From Spirochaetes bacterium GWB1_27_13 (lineage in GTDB: Bacteria; Spirochaetota; GWE2-31-10; MWDO01): a DNA stretch of 44,788 nt. The translations under genes were made by a program, and so were the position numbers. This document shows positions 20,723 through 30,444 of the stretch, one piece after another (the first letter of the stretch is position 1; the number at the start of each line of letters is the position of its first letter). The notes below the pieces were generated by a model. It did no database searches, was not told the DNA's origin, and saw nothing but the letters and a program-made list of their open reading frames with translations. The stretch spans positions 8,223-53,010 of the forward strand of contig MIAN01000034.1 in assembly GCA_001829125.1 (NCBI GenBank), in the 5' to 3' direction.

Positions 20723-21856
20723 ATGAGAATAAATTCTATCCAGTTTAAGGATAAACAAAGAGGCTGGGAATTAGAAGAACTCAAATTTGATGATCTAAAT
20801 TTGTTGGTTGGTATCTCTGGTGCTGGCAAAACTCAGATATTAAATGCGATTTTAGCGATTAAGAATATTTTAGATGAGAATTTAACATCTGGGATAAATT
20901 GGAAAATAGATTTTATTGAAGGAAACGATAATTATATATGGGAAGGTGAGTTAAGCGAACTAGAAGATGATGATACATCTCTTTTTCCTTATATAACACA
21001 CTCTGAAATAATAAAAAAAATAAAATTTATTTTTGAAAAATTATATTTAAATGGAGATTTAATCGTAGATAGAACCGAAGAAAAAATAATTTATAATAAT
21101 AATCCTTTACCAAAACTTGATACTAATACTAGTATTCTCAAATTATTGGAAGAAGATAATTTAAAAAATGTAGTTAAGGCATTTGATAAAATAATATTTA
21201 GAGACTATACAAAAAATGAAAATCAACTTCAAATCTCTTCAAAAGATTATTATATAGACTGGAAAATTAAATTTAATTCAATAGAAAAATTAAAAATAGA
21301 AAATATTCCTTTGATTCCAAAAATATATATTACATCAAAATTATTTATAGATATTTTTAATGAAATAAAATCTAATTTTCTAGATATTTTTAGCCAAGTA
21401 GAAAATATAGAAGTTGTAAAAGAAATAAAGAATATAGGAAAAAATTTACTTAATTGTTATTACCTTAAAATAAAAATTAAAGATAGTGATAAATGGGTAA
21501 ACCAAAATAATATTTCTTCTGGTATGTTAAGAACTCTAATACATATAGCCGAAATGTATCTTTCTCCTGATGGCACTGTATTTCTAATTGATGAATTAGA
21601 AAATAGCCTTGGCATCAATTGTGTAAATTTTTTGAGTGAGGATTTGTTATTACAAAATAATAGGATGCAATTTATAGCAACAAGTCATCATCCTTACATT
21701 ATAAATAAAATCCCTTGCGAATATTGGAAAATTGTAACAAGAAAAGGTGGAAAAATAAAAGTATATGACACCACTCAATTTAACCTTGATAAATCTCACC
21801 ACGAAAACTTTTTTAAATTAATTAACCTAAAAGAATATCGAGAAGGTATCCAATAA
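20723..21856 (+). CDS. ABC/AAA_21-type ATPase (candidate defence)
   Basis: Walker A GISGAGKT, signature ISSGM, Walker B FLIDELENSL, H-loop TSHHP. Confidence 0.88.
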   Translation: MRINSIQFKDKQRGWELEELKFDDLNLLVGISGAGKTQILNAILAIKNILDENLTSGINWKIDFIEGNDNYIWEGELSELEDDDTSLFPYITHSEIIKKIKFIFEKLYLNGDLIVDRTEEKIIYNNNPLPKLDTNTSILKLLEEDNLKNVVKAFDKIIFRDYTKNENQLQISSKDYYIDWKIKFNSIEKLKIENIPLIPKIYITSKLFIDIFNEIKSNFLDIFSQVENIEVVKEIKNIGKNLLNCYYLKIKIKDSDKWVNQNNISSGMLRTLIHIAEMYLSPDGTVFLIDELENSLGINCVNFLSEDLLLQNNRMQFIATSHHPYIINKIPCEYWKIVTRKGGKIKVYDTTQFNLDKSHHENFFKLINLKEYREGIQ

Positions 21857-22545
21857 TGAGAATTTACATCTTAGTTGAAGGCGAAAACACAGAGATGGCT
21901 TTGTATCCTGCTTGGATTTCCTATATTTTACCAAATTTAAAACGAGTTGATGATTTTTTTAATATTGAAAATGATTCTTACTATATTGCAAGTGGCTATG
22001 GTTATCCAGCGATGATTCAGAATAACCATCTTATAAATGCTATTAAAGATATAAATGATAAGGGAGATATTGACTATCTAATCGTTTGCCTTGATGGTGA
22101 CACTGTTGGAGTTCAAGGAAGAAAAAACGAAATTTTAACACATCTTAAAGTTAATAATATTTCACTAATAAATAATTGTAAATTAGAAATAATTATTCAA
22201 AATATTTGTATTGAAACATGGCTTTTGGGTAATAAAAAAATGTATTCTAATGGTGAATTAAACAAAAATTTTATAGCATATTCAAAACATTACAATGTAT
22301 CTATAAATGACCCAGAATTAATGGAAAAGCCAAAAGATTATAAAAATTCAAAATCAATTTATCATTATTGCTATCTGATAGAAATGTTAAAACCAAAACT
22401 AAGATACTCTAAAGCTTCACCAAACAATGTAATAACAAAAAAATATTTTGATTCGTTACAAGATAGGTTTAATGATACACCAAATCATCTAGGAAGCCTA
22501 AAAACTCTTCTTGATTTATTACATTCTTTCATAAAATTTTCTTAA
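21856..22545 (+). CDS. TOPRIM-like protein (DUF4276/RloB/AriB-like), coupled to the ATPase
   Basis: N-terminal ILVEGENTE, CLDGD (DxD), IETWLLG; TAATG stop/start overlap. Confidence 0.7.
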   Translation: MRIYILVEGENTEMALYPAWISYILPNLKRVDDFFNIENDSYYIASGYGYPAMIQNNHLINAIKDINDKGDIDYLIVCLDGDTVGVQGRKNEILTHLKVNNISLINNCKLEIIIQNICIETWLLGNKKMYSNGELNKNFIAYSKHYNVSINDPELMEKPKDYKNSKSIYHYCYLIEMLKPKLRYSKASPNNVITKKYFDSLQDRFNDTPNHLGSLKTLLDLLHSFIKFS

Positions 22546-22621
22546 CTCTGTGTTTTCTTTTACATCTGTTGTAACAGTTTCTAAAAAATCAAACAAAATA
22601 ATATTGCATCAAAAATTAGTT

Positions 22622-22742
22622 AAAACCACGAAGGAAATGCAATAAAAAAAAGCATTCTAATTAAAAACTTCAATAAATTTAAAAAATCATCTTTTTTATT
22701 GAAATACTTTCCAATTTTTAGTTGCAATATCTTCGTGGTAAT
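22622..22742. repeat. CACGAAG...CTTCGTG palindromic element
   Basis: ACCACGAAG...CTTCGTGGT inverted arms; internal block shared with the 4950 and 5185 copies. Confidence 0.7.
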
Positions 22743-22859
22743 TTTGAGTTTTAAATTGATATTTTTTAATAAAATTTATTTACCATTTAGAGTTCGTTAG
22801 GTATATTTTCCAAAATAATCTCCATATTTTATAAATAGTTCAACCATTTGGTACCTCGA

Positions 22860-23921
22860 TCAGTAGTAAGAACCAAATAATACTATATCGCTAATTGAAT
22901 AATCAATTAATTCATCGTCGTGATAAAAGTAATTATTAATTATCTTAGATTCTTTTTTAGGTAAATAAGGATAGTCATATAAATCATAAACAACTTCACC
23001 CATTTTCTTATAATTAAGTTTTAACTTAAATTTTATCTCTCTTATAGAATTATCCCCTGTATTTTTTAAATTAAATGATAATTTTGTATATTTTTGACCA
23101 ATTCCACCATATTTATAACTAGTTGCCTCATATTTATAATATCGAGCCTTTACAATTTTTTTTCCAGCAGTAGAAAATTCTATAAAGCTTGATGTTGCAG
23201 AGTTTGCTGGTATTATCTTTTTTTCTTCCTCGTTTACATATACAGTACCATCAAATGCCTCTGCAAGAAGATAAACTATACATTTAGAGATTTCAAAATT
23301 TTCTTTATTGGTTAATGTATAATAAACTCGTGCTTTTCCCCATTCTATTAAATCTGTTGATTGGTCGGAAGTACTATCTTTGTCTTTATCGTCTTTGGTA
23401 TCCTTATCATTATTAGTCTTATTATCTTTGTCATTAGATAGGTCGTCTTTATTGCCATTGTTATCCTTATTGTTTTTATCATTGGATTTGTTGTCTTTAT
23501 TTCCATTATTATCTTTATTATCCTTATCTTTGTCTTCTTTACTATAATTAATATCATATTTTTCAAAAATACTTTCTATTTTACTATAATTTTTTGTATT
23601 TGAACTATCATCAAAAATATAAGAAGAATTATTTTTATGATATGTTGCTAATAAAATTGCCTTGTCTTTTTCCTCCACGATCGTTAGTATTTCTTTTTCA
23701 AAATAATTAGATTCTACCTTTATTGGTATTGTTTGCACTATTTTGTAAATCGATATTGATACTCTTTCAATATCTTTACATGAAATAATAGTCACATCTC
23801 CAGTTGCCGTAGGTTCTTTATAATTGTAAGACGACTTTGGATAATCGTCATAACCTCTACATCCCAACATAACTAAAACTAAACTTGAAATCAGTAAAAC
23901 ACAATACATTAAATTTTTCAT
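22860..23921 (-). CDS. Lipoprotein with K/D/N low-complexity repeat linker
   Basis: Signal peptide ending LVMLG-C; GGAGG RBS; 16-aa imperfect repeats NKDNNGNKD..SNDK. Confidence 0.85.
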   Translation of the reverse strand: MKNLMYCVLLISSLVLVMLGCRGYDDYPKSSYNYKEPTATGDVTIISCKDIERVSISIYKIVQTIPIKVESNYFEKEILTIVEEKDKAILLATYHKNNSSYIFDDSSNTKNYSKIESIFEKYDINYSKEDKDKDNKDNNGNKDNKSNDKNNKDNNGNKDDLSNDKDNKTNNDKDTKDDKDKDSTSDQSTDLIEWGKARVYYTLTNKENFEISKCIVYLLAEAFDGTVYVNEEEKKIIPANSATSSFIEFSTAGKKIVKARYYKYEATSYKYGGIGQKYTKLSFNLKNTGDNSIREIKFKLKLNYKKMGEVVYDLYDYPYLPKKESKIINNYFYHDDELIDYSISDIVLFGSYY

Positions 23922-24096
23922 AACAAAATTCCTCCTTTATTTAATAAATTGTTATGCTTAATTAATACTCTCTTTTCTTTACCTTTTCAATAGACAAATT
24001 TTTTGGATAACCGAAGAATTTTTGGAAAGGGGATTTCTCAACAAAGACACAGAGTAAAAAAATTATTTTGTTTATGAAAAATTTATTGATTTTTTA

Positions 24097-24199
24097 AATT
24101 ACCATTGAAAAAATCCCAAAGAAAGAATATAATTTAAATATCTCAGGAAACAAGGGATAACTTACCCCTTGTTTTCTATAATATTAGCCTATTTTGGAG
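24097..24199 (+). repeat. 103-bp direct repeat (Roco promoter + hairpin + partial RBS), copy 1
   Basis: Near-identical to 24919-25021 and to the reverse complement of 43690-43972 minus its insertion. Confidence 0.95.
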
Positions 24200-24215
24200 A
24201 AATTTATTAGAAATT

Positions 24216-24604
24216 TTATTTAATGCGAATAATTGAGTCTATTTCATCGAAATGATTGTCATTAGAATAAAGATCAAGTGAATATTCTAAAATTGTTGCA
24301 GCAATCCACATATCATTTGTAGGAATTGGCTTTCCTTTATTTCTTAAGTTTTTGTAGATTTGAGCATAATAATTAGCAGTCTTTTCTGAAATTGATAGCA
24401 AAATAACATTTGGGTCATTTAAAAAATTTTGAAATTCTTTAAGATTTTTTTCATATGACTACCATATAAAAAACCAGCAAGTAATTCTCCTACAACGATA
24501 GAATTTAAATATATCAAATGGGTATTATGTAAAATTTCTTTTAATTTCTCAGAACCTCTTCTCATTTCAGAATATCCATTTGTGTCCAAAAAAAGATTAT
24601 ACAT
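24216..24604 (-). pseudogene. vapC: VapC PIN-domain toxin split by a 1-nt frameshift in an A7 run
   Basis: FLDTNGY...VVGELLAG in ORF 24419-24604 and GKPIPTNDMWIAA...SNDNHF in ORF 24216-24401; one extra A at 24445-24451 joins them. Confidence 0.85.
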
Positions 24605-24824
24605 TCCAGATTGCCTCGTCTATTTTTCTTTGTTCTTGTAGAATTTTATCTAATTCTTGATTGTCATTATCATTCCATGTACCAATATATTTTTCAAATT
24701 TCTTTGGATTTTCAGTTTTATCTTCAATAAAATCAATATTGACTCTAATAACCTTTTTTTCTGAATTAATGATAATATTAGGAATAAATATTCCACCATC
24801 TTTAACTATACCTTCTGCTATCAT
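24597..24824 (-). CDS. Putative antitoxin of the VapC module
   Basis: 75 aa overlapping the vapC start; AEGIVKDG beta N-terminus; acidic G.W...D...L......RKID.W tail. Confidence 0.7.
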   Translation of the reverse strand: MIAEGIVKDGGIFIPNIIINSEKKVIRVNIDFIEDKTENPKKFEKYIGTWNDNDNQELDKILQEQRKIDEAIWNV

Positions 24825-24918
24825 TTATAAACTCCACATCAATAAAATATACATCAATTGCTACTCAAAGTCAAATTAAAATTATAATCACTATTTTTTT
24901 TAAACTTAGAAATTTATT

Positions 24919-25021
24919 AATTACCATTGAATAAATCCCAAAGAAAGAATATAATTTAAATATCTCAGGAAACAAGGGATAACTTACCTATTGTTTTCCA
25001 TAATATTAGCCTATTTTGGAG
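24919..25021 (+). promoter_or_regulatory. Roco1 promoter, 5'UTR hairpin and RBS (direct repeat copy 2)
   Basis: TTGAAT(24927)-17 nt-TATAAT(24950), GGAAACAAGGG...TTGTTTTCC hairpin, GGAGG. Confidence 0.85.
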
Positions 25022-25027
25022 GTTTTT

Positions 25028-28000
25028 ATGACAGATTTGGAGATATTGAGGAAGATTGAGGGGCGAATTGGGGAAAAATTTAAAAAAATTTCTGAAGATG
25101 AAATAAAAGAAGGATTTAATTCATTTCTTCTATTAGATAATTATTATTCTATAAATAAAAACAATGAAATAACTGGGATTTTAATACATAATATAAATTA
25201 CAAAAAATTTTATGATTTAATAATTAATTTAAAAAAATTGAAATATTTAGATTTATCATATAATCAAATAATTGATATATCAGCATTGAAAGATTTAACT
25301 AATTTAAATACTTTATATTTAGATGGTAATCAAATAAGCGATATATCAGCATTAAAAGATTTAACTAATTTAAATACTTTAGATTTAAGAAATAATCAAA
25401 TAAGCGATATATCAACATTAGAAGATTTAACTAATTTAAATACTTTAGATTTATCAGATAATCAAATAAGCGATATATCAGCATTAAAAGATTTAACTAA
25501 TTTAAATACTTTAGATTTATCTAATAATCAAATAAGCGATATATCAGCATTAAAAGATTTAACTAATTTAAATACTTTATATTTATCTAATAATCAAATA
25601 AGCGATATATCAGCATTAAAAGATTTAACTAATTTAAATACTTTATATTTACATAATAATCAAATAAGCGATATATCAGCATTAAAAGATTTAACTAATT
25701 TAAATAATTTATATTTACATAATAATCAAATAATCGATATATCAGCATTAAAAGATTTAACTAATTTAAATAATTTATATTTACATAATAATCAAATAAT
25801 CGATATATCAGCATTGAAAGATTTAACTAATTTAACTTATTTAAAATTATCAGATAATCAAATAAGCGATATATCAGCATTAAAAGATTTAACTAATTTA
25901 AATAATTTATCTTTATTTAATAATCAAATAAGCGATATATCAGCATTAAAAGATTTAAAAAAATTAAAAATATTATATTTAAATACAAATAAAATAAAAA
26001 TACTCTCAGAATGGATAACTGATTTTAAAGAAATGGATATATTTTGGAAAGAAAATTTTTATTATGATGGTTTAAATTTATATAACAACCCAATCGAATC
26101 CCCTCCTATTGAAATTATCGAACAAGGTAAAGAGGCAATAAGAAACTACTTTTCTCAAATTAAAAAACATGGGACAATACCAATTTATGAAGCAAAATTA
26201 ATGTTTGTTGGTGAGCCTGGATCTGGTAAGACTTCGCTTATGGAAAAGCTTTTAAACCCAAAATATAAGATACCTTGTGAGATAAACTCTACTTTGGGGG
26301 TGGATGTTAGAGCTGGTTGGGCATTCCCATACACAAAGGATAATACAATTGAGTTTAAGGCAAATCTTTGGGACTTTGGAGGGCAGGAGATACAATTTAT
26401 GCTCCATCAATTTTTTTTGACTGCAAGGTCTTTTTATGTGCTACTTGCAGATGATAGGAAACAAGATACTAATTTTGATTATTGGTTTAATATAATAAGA
26501 TTACTTGGCGGACAAAGCCCTGTGTTAGTCGTGTTAAATGAAAAAAATTATCAATCAATAACCAATTTTGACTATGAGGAATATGTAAAAAGGTATTCAG
26601 AACTTTCTATAGAAAGATTTGATATAGACCTTGCTAATGAGAATGAAAAATTTAAAAATCTTTTTCTAAAAATTCAAACAAACTTATCTAATTTAAAACA
26701 TATAGGCGACCCATTGCCTGCCAAATGGTCAGAAATCCGTAAAGAGTTGGAAAGTTTAAAAAATAAAAATCATATTTCTATAAGTGAATATTTTACTTTA
26801 TGTAATAAACATTCTATCACAAAGGAAGAGGACGCTTTATATCTAAGTGGGTATTTAAACGATATTGGGGTAATATTACATTACAAAGATGATCCAGTGT
26901 TATCAGATATAATATTTATTAATCCTCAGTGGGTTGTAAGTGCTATATATATCATATTATCAGATAAAAAATTAGAAAATAACGGTAAATTTACTAAAAA
27001 TTGGCTTTTTAATGTCTGGAAAGATAAAAATTACACTTATGAAGAACGAAATAAGTTACTAAGTCTTATGTTGAAAAATAATTTTGAGTTATGTTATGAT
27101 ATAAATGATAACGAATATATAGCCCCAATTTTATTGACAAAAATTAGACCAAAATTTAACTGGGACGAAACTGATAACCTACAATTTAGATTTAAATATC
27201 CTTTTATGCCAAAAGGAATTATCTCAAGACTCATAGTTAGGCTAAACGAATACATTATAAAAGAAAATGATAATTTTTTAGTTTGGGAATCTGGGGCTGT
27301 GTTACAAAAAGGAAATGTTAAGGCTTTGGTTTATCACGAGCTAACAAGAGATGAAGGAGTAAATGTTATAATAATAAAACTTTTTGGAGAAATTTATCTA
27401 AAAACTGAATTTTTAACTATAATATGTGAAAATATAGAACAAATTCACAAAAAATCATTTAAAGAACTCTATTATGAAAAATTATTTCCCTGTACTTGTA
27501 AAGAATGTAAACATTCTATAAATCCATATTTTTTTAAATATACTGACCTCATAAAACGGATTGAAAAAGGAAAACAAACAATAGAATGTCGTGATAGTAC
27601 CGAAGATGTTGAAATCAATAAAATACTAATGATAATAAAAGATGAAAGCGATAAATTATTAAAAAGTATATTACAAGCATCAAAAACTCTACAATCTGAG
27701 TATAAAACATTAAATTTGGGTCAAAAAGAAGATAATAGGACTAATTTTATATCAATTGAACTAAAAAAATATAATATAATCACAAAACCACAAAAACCAC
27801 ATGGGGATTCTGAAACTGGGAAGTCTTTTGGTGAAGTTGATATTGTTTTAGAAGATAAAAACCAACAAACTTCTGCACTTGTAGAAGCATTTAATTTAAA
27901 ATGTTTGTCTTCTGATGTTATTAGTTCACATTTAACTAAATTATTTAACTATGATAAAAATGGATTAGATGAAAATTATGTTTTAATTTATGTAGAAACA

Positions 28001-28222
28001 GACAAATTTTTTGATTTATGGCAAAAATATTTTGATTTTGTTAAAAATATTGATTTTAAATACAAATTGTTTGATATTCAAGATATTTCAAGAGATATTG
28101 GCACTCCTGCCGATATTAGAGTAGCCTGTGCAAGACAAGATCGCAATAAAAAAATCATTAGAACTTATCATATTTTTATATACTTAAACGCTTTTAAATG
28201 GTCAATATCTAATAAGAGTTGA
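25028..28222 (+). CDS. Roco protein 1: LRR-Roc GTPase-COR with C-terminal PD-(D/E)XK nuclease-like domain
   Basis: Internalin-like 22-aa LRRs, NPIESPP, GEPGSGKT, WDFGGQ..HQFFLT, COR (FMPKGIISRLIVR, CTCKEC); tail EDNRT...GEVDIVL...VEAFNL. Confidence 0.9.
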   Translation: MTDLEILRKIEGRIGEKFKKISEDEIKEGFNSFLLLDNYYSINKNNEITGILIHNINYKKFYDLIINLKKLKYLDLSYNQIIDISALKDLTNLNTLYLDGNQISDISALKDLTNLNTLDLRNNQISDISTLEDLTNLNTLDLSDNQISDISALKDLTNLNTLDLSNNQISDISALKDLTNLNTLYLSNNQISDISALKDLTNLNTLYLHNNQISDISALKDLTNLNNLYLHNNQIIDISALKDLTNLNNLYLHNNQIIDISALKDLTNLTYLKLSDNQISDISALKDLTNLNNLSLFNNQISDISALKDLKKLKILYLNTNKIKILSEWITDFKEMDIFWKENFYYDGLNLYNNPIESPPIEIIEQGKEAIRNYFSQIKKHGTIPIYEAKLMFVGEPGSGKTSLMEKLLNPKYKIPCEINSTLGVDVRAGWAFPYTKDNTIEFKANLWDFGGQEIQFMLHQFFLTARSFYVLLADDRKQDTNFDYWFNIIRLLGGQSPVLVVLNEKNYQSITNFDYEEYVKRYSELSIERFDIDLANENEKFKNLFLKIQTNLSNLKHIGDPLPAKWSEIRKELESLKNKNHISISEYFTLCNKHSITKEEDALYLSGYLNDIGVILHYKDDPVLSDIIFINPQWVVSAIYIILSDKKLENNGKFTKNWLFNVWKDKNYTYEERNKLLSLMLKNNFELCYDINDNEYIAPILLTKIRPKFNWDETDNLQFRFKYPFMPKGIISRLIVRLNEYIIKENDNFLVWESGAVLQKGNVKALVYHELTRDEGVNVIIIKLFGEIYLKTEFLTIICENIEQIHKKSFKELYYEKLFPCTCKECKHSINPYFFKYTDLIKRIEKGKQTIECRDSTEDVEINKILMIIKDESDKLLKSILQASKTLQSEYKTLNLGQKEDNRTNFISIELKKYNIITKPQKPHGDSETGKSFGEVDIVLEDKNQQTSALVEAFNLKCLSSDVISSHLTKLFNYDKNGLDENYVLIYVETDKFFDLWQKYFDFVKNIDFKYKLFDIQDISRDIGTPADIRVACARQDRNKKIIRTYHIFIYLNAFKWSISNKS
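25262..25965 (+). repeat. Eleven 66-bp tandem LRR-coding repeats
   Basis: AATCAAATAA..GATATATCAGCATTAAAAGATTTAACTAATTTAAAT recurring every 66 nt from 25262 to 25922. Confidence 0.95.
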
Positions 28223-28251
28223 TGTTACCCATAATTTGTTTCTTAAAAACG

Positions 28252-28357
28252 AATTATATACTGAAATGTTTCAGGTCTGTCTTAAATTCAGTGATAAACT
28301 TTTTTATAACTTCTTTTAAATAAACAAGTTGTAAAAGAACATTTCAGGTATATATTG
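28252..28357. repeat. Long imperfect hairpin (attC-like) after Roco1
   Basis: TATATACTGAAATGTT...AACATTTCAGGTATATA arms with one extra base; left arm duplicated at 13008. Confidence 0.55.
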
Positions 28358-28423
28358 ACAATTTGGGCAATTCTCAATATAGAAAACTTAAAATTATCCT
28401 TGATACAGACATTCTTTTAATTA

Positions 28424-28590
28424 GGGGCTACTGAATAAGTCATTAGAAAACGCCAGAAGCATACTTTTTTTATCTCTTTAAAAATGCACGTATTTTCAAT
28501 GGATAATTTAAAAACCCTTGCATTTTTAAAGATGATTTTTGATTATAACTTGTTATATAATAATGAATTATGGATTTATTCAACAAACTC
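28424..28590. mobile_element. MITE-like element (167 bp)
   Basis: Imperfect TIRs GGGGCTACTGAATAAGTC / GATTTATTCAACAAACTC, inner IR TCTTTAAAAATGCA / TGCATTTTTAAAGA, TAATTA on both flanks. Confidence 0.65.
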
Positions 28591-30320
28591 TAATTAGTAT
28601 CTTTTTTTATTGGCAATTCAATACCTAATGATTGTGAAAAACTAATGATTTTTTGGATAAAAGCCATTAGGTTATCAACAAGTGGTTCTTTATCGTTAGA
28701 CTGAAAAATCCTTAAGTCTTTAATTTGTGGTATGTTAGCCGCAATTGCTGGAAGTTCTTTAATTAAATCATTTAATAATACATTGTTATTTACCATATTT
28801 CTTATTTCTTGCTTCATTTTTTCTATACTTACCATCTGTTCATCTATTTGATACTTTAATTTATTTCTTTCTTCTTCAACTAAAATAATTGATTTTTCTT
28901 CTGCTACTTTTCTATCAAGATGCGCATCGAGTTTTTGTTTTTCTATAAGGTCTGCATGATTTTGATACAAGGCTTTTAGTTCCATTTCTTTTTTTTCAAG
29001 AAGAATTTCTAATTCTATTTGTTTTGATTTGATTTTATAAATATTTTCTTTTAATCTTGCTTCTTCTTCTGTAGAAAATAATTCTTTATCTGTTTGTAGA
29101 GAAACTTCTCTTTTTATAGAATCAAGTTCAAGCCTTAGTTTTTCTTCGTTCATTTGATTATTTTGTTTTAAAATTTCTATCTCACGATTGAGTTTTAACT
29201 GATTTTCTAAGGTTATTAGGCGTTCTTCTGCTTCTTTCTTTGAAATTACAGTTTGTTCTTCAAGTTTTAATTTATTTTGAATAGATTGTTGTTCTTTATC
29301 ATATCTTTGAGTTTCTTCATTAAGTCTTATATGAATAGTTTCTGTTTGTTTTTTTTGTTTAATTAATTCTATCTGATGATTAGTCTCTGCTTCTCTTGTT
29401 TCTCTTTGCATCCGCGTCTCTAATTCTTTTTTATTAATTTCGTCTGTCATTTCTAGATTACTAATCCTTGATTTTTTCTTTTGCTCGTTTCTATATGGGC
29501 TTTGCAAATCTTCCCATAATGAACTTGAACAAACTATTGCTTCTCTAATCTGTACAGTTATTATTTTAATACCAAGCCCTTCTTTGACAAATTGTTCACC
29601 TTTTTTTTGTCCTTCGGCAACAAGCTTTAGTCTATTTGTAAGTTCTTCTATAATTGGTGCTTTATCAGTAAGAACTTCTTCAACACTCATCGTTGCTATC
29701 TTGTCTTTAATAGCAGCCTCAGCCTGTTCTCGCAGTTGAGCATTTACAATACCAAGAGGATCCCTTGAGTCAGAAAAATCGAGTTTTTTATAGGCTAAAG
29801 AAAAATCTTCAATCTGCCATTGGACATAAGCGAGTACATTAATTCCTTGTTTTTCTTTTGAAATACAATTTGCGACAACACCTATTGTTTGCATTGCAGA
29901 TGGAATAATCAGATAGGCATCGGTATTTGGGTTATACCTGAATGACAAGCCCATTCCAAGTGTTATGGGGTCTTTTTTATTAATACGTGTATGAATAACA
30001 TAAGCATTTGGTGGAACGATTACTTTCTTCCAAAAAAAAGAGCCTGTTATTTTAATTTTTATTGGTTCTTTTTCAAGTTGCATATCTTCTGATGTTTTCA
30101 TAGTATTTATAGGGATAGATTTTTTTAGTTTGGGAGTAGAAGCTGATACGGATGACATAGGAGATGGGCTACCACCCATTATACCCGGCACATTAGCACT
30201 ATATGCGGTTTGGCTAAGATCATTTAATTGAATTGGACTATCATCCAAAGGCATAGCCTCTTCACTTTCTAAGACCTGTTGTTCTATAAAAATATCTTTT
30301 GCTGATTTTTTTTTATCCAT
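28590..30320 (-). CDS. SPFH/flotillin family protein with long coiled coil
   Basis: VVPPNAY-like start of SPFH domain, ISKEKQGINV.AYVQWQI, MSVEEVLTDK, GLGIKI..VQIRE, E/K/Q-rich coil. Confidence 0.85.
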   Translation of the reverse strand: MDKKKSAKDIFIEQQVLESEEAMPLDDSPIQLNDLSQTAYSANVPGIMGGSPSPMSSVSASTPKLKKSIPINTMKTSEDMQLEKEPIKIKITGSFFWKKVIVPPNAYVIHTRINKKDPITLGMGLSFRYNPNTDAYLIIPSAMQTIGVVANCISKEKQGINVLAYVQWQIEDFSLAYKKLDFSDSRDPLGIVNAQLREQAEAAIKDKIATMSVEEVLTDKAPIIEELTNRLKLVAEGQKKGEQFVKEGLGIKIITVQIREAIVCSSSLWEDLQSPYRNEQKKKSRISNLEMTDEINKKELETRMQRETREAETNHQIELIKQKKQTETIHIRLNEETQRYDKEQQSIQNKLKLEEQTVISKKEAEERLITLENQLKLNREIEILKQNNQMNEEKLRLELDSIKREVSLQTDKELFSTEEEARLKENIYKIKSKQIELEILLEKKEMELKALYQNHADLIEKQKLDAHLDRKVAEEKSIILVEEERNKLKYQIDEQMVSIEKMKQEIRNMVNNNVLLNDLIKELPAIAANIPQIKDLRIFQSNDKEPLVDNLMAFIQKIISFSQSLGIELPIKKDTN

Positions 30321-30444
30321 AAATATCTCCTATAAACTATCAGATTAATTTAGAATTTATCTTTCTTTAACTATAATTCAGAGAGGATCATAAAGTCAAT
30401 AGAGTATAGAATATTTTTAATAAAATTTGAATTTTTATTCTAAA

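Noticed and set aside
23390-23540. Non-coding tandem repeat
   Set aside because: It encodes the K/D/N linker of the lipoprotein
25262-25965. CRISPR array (66-bp periodicity)
   Set aside because: Units are in-frame LRR codons inside a 3.2-kb ORF, have no unique spacers, and no cas genes are present
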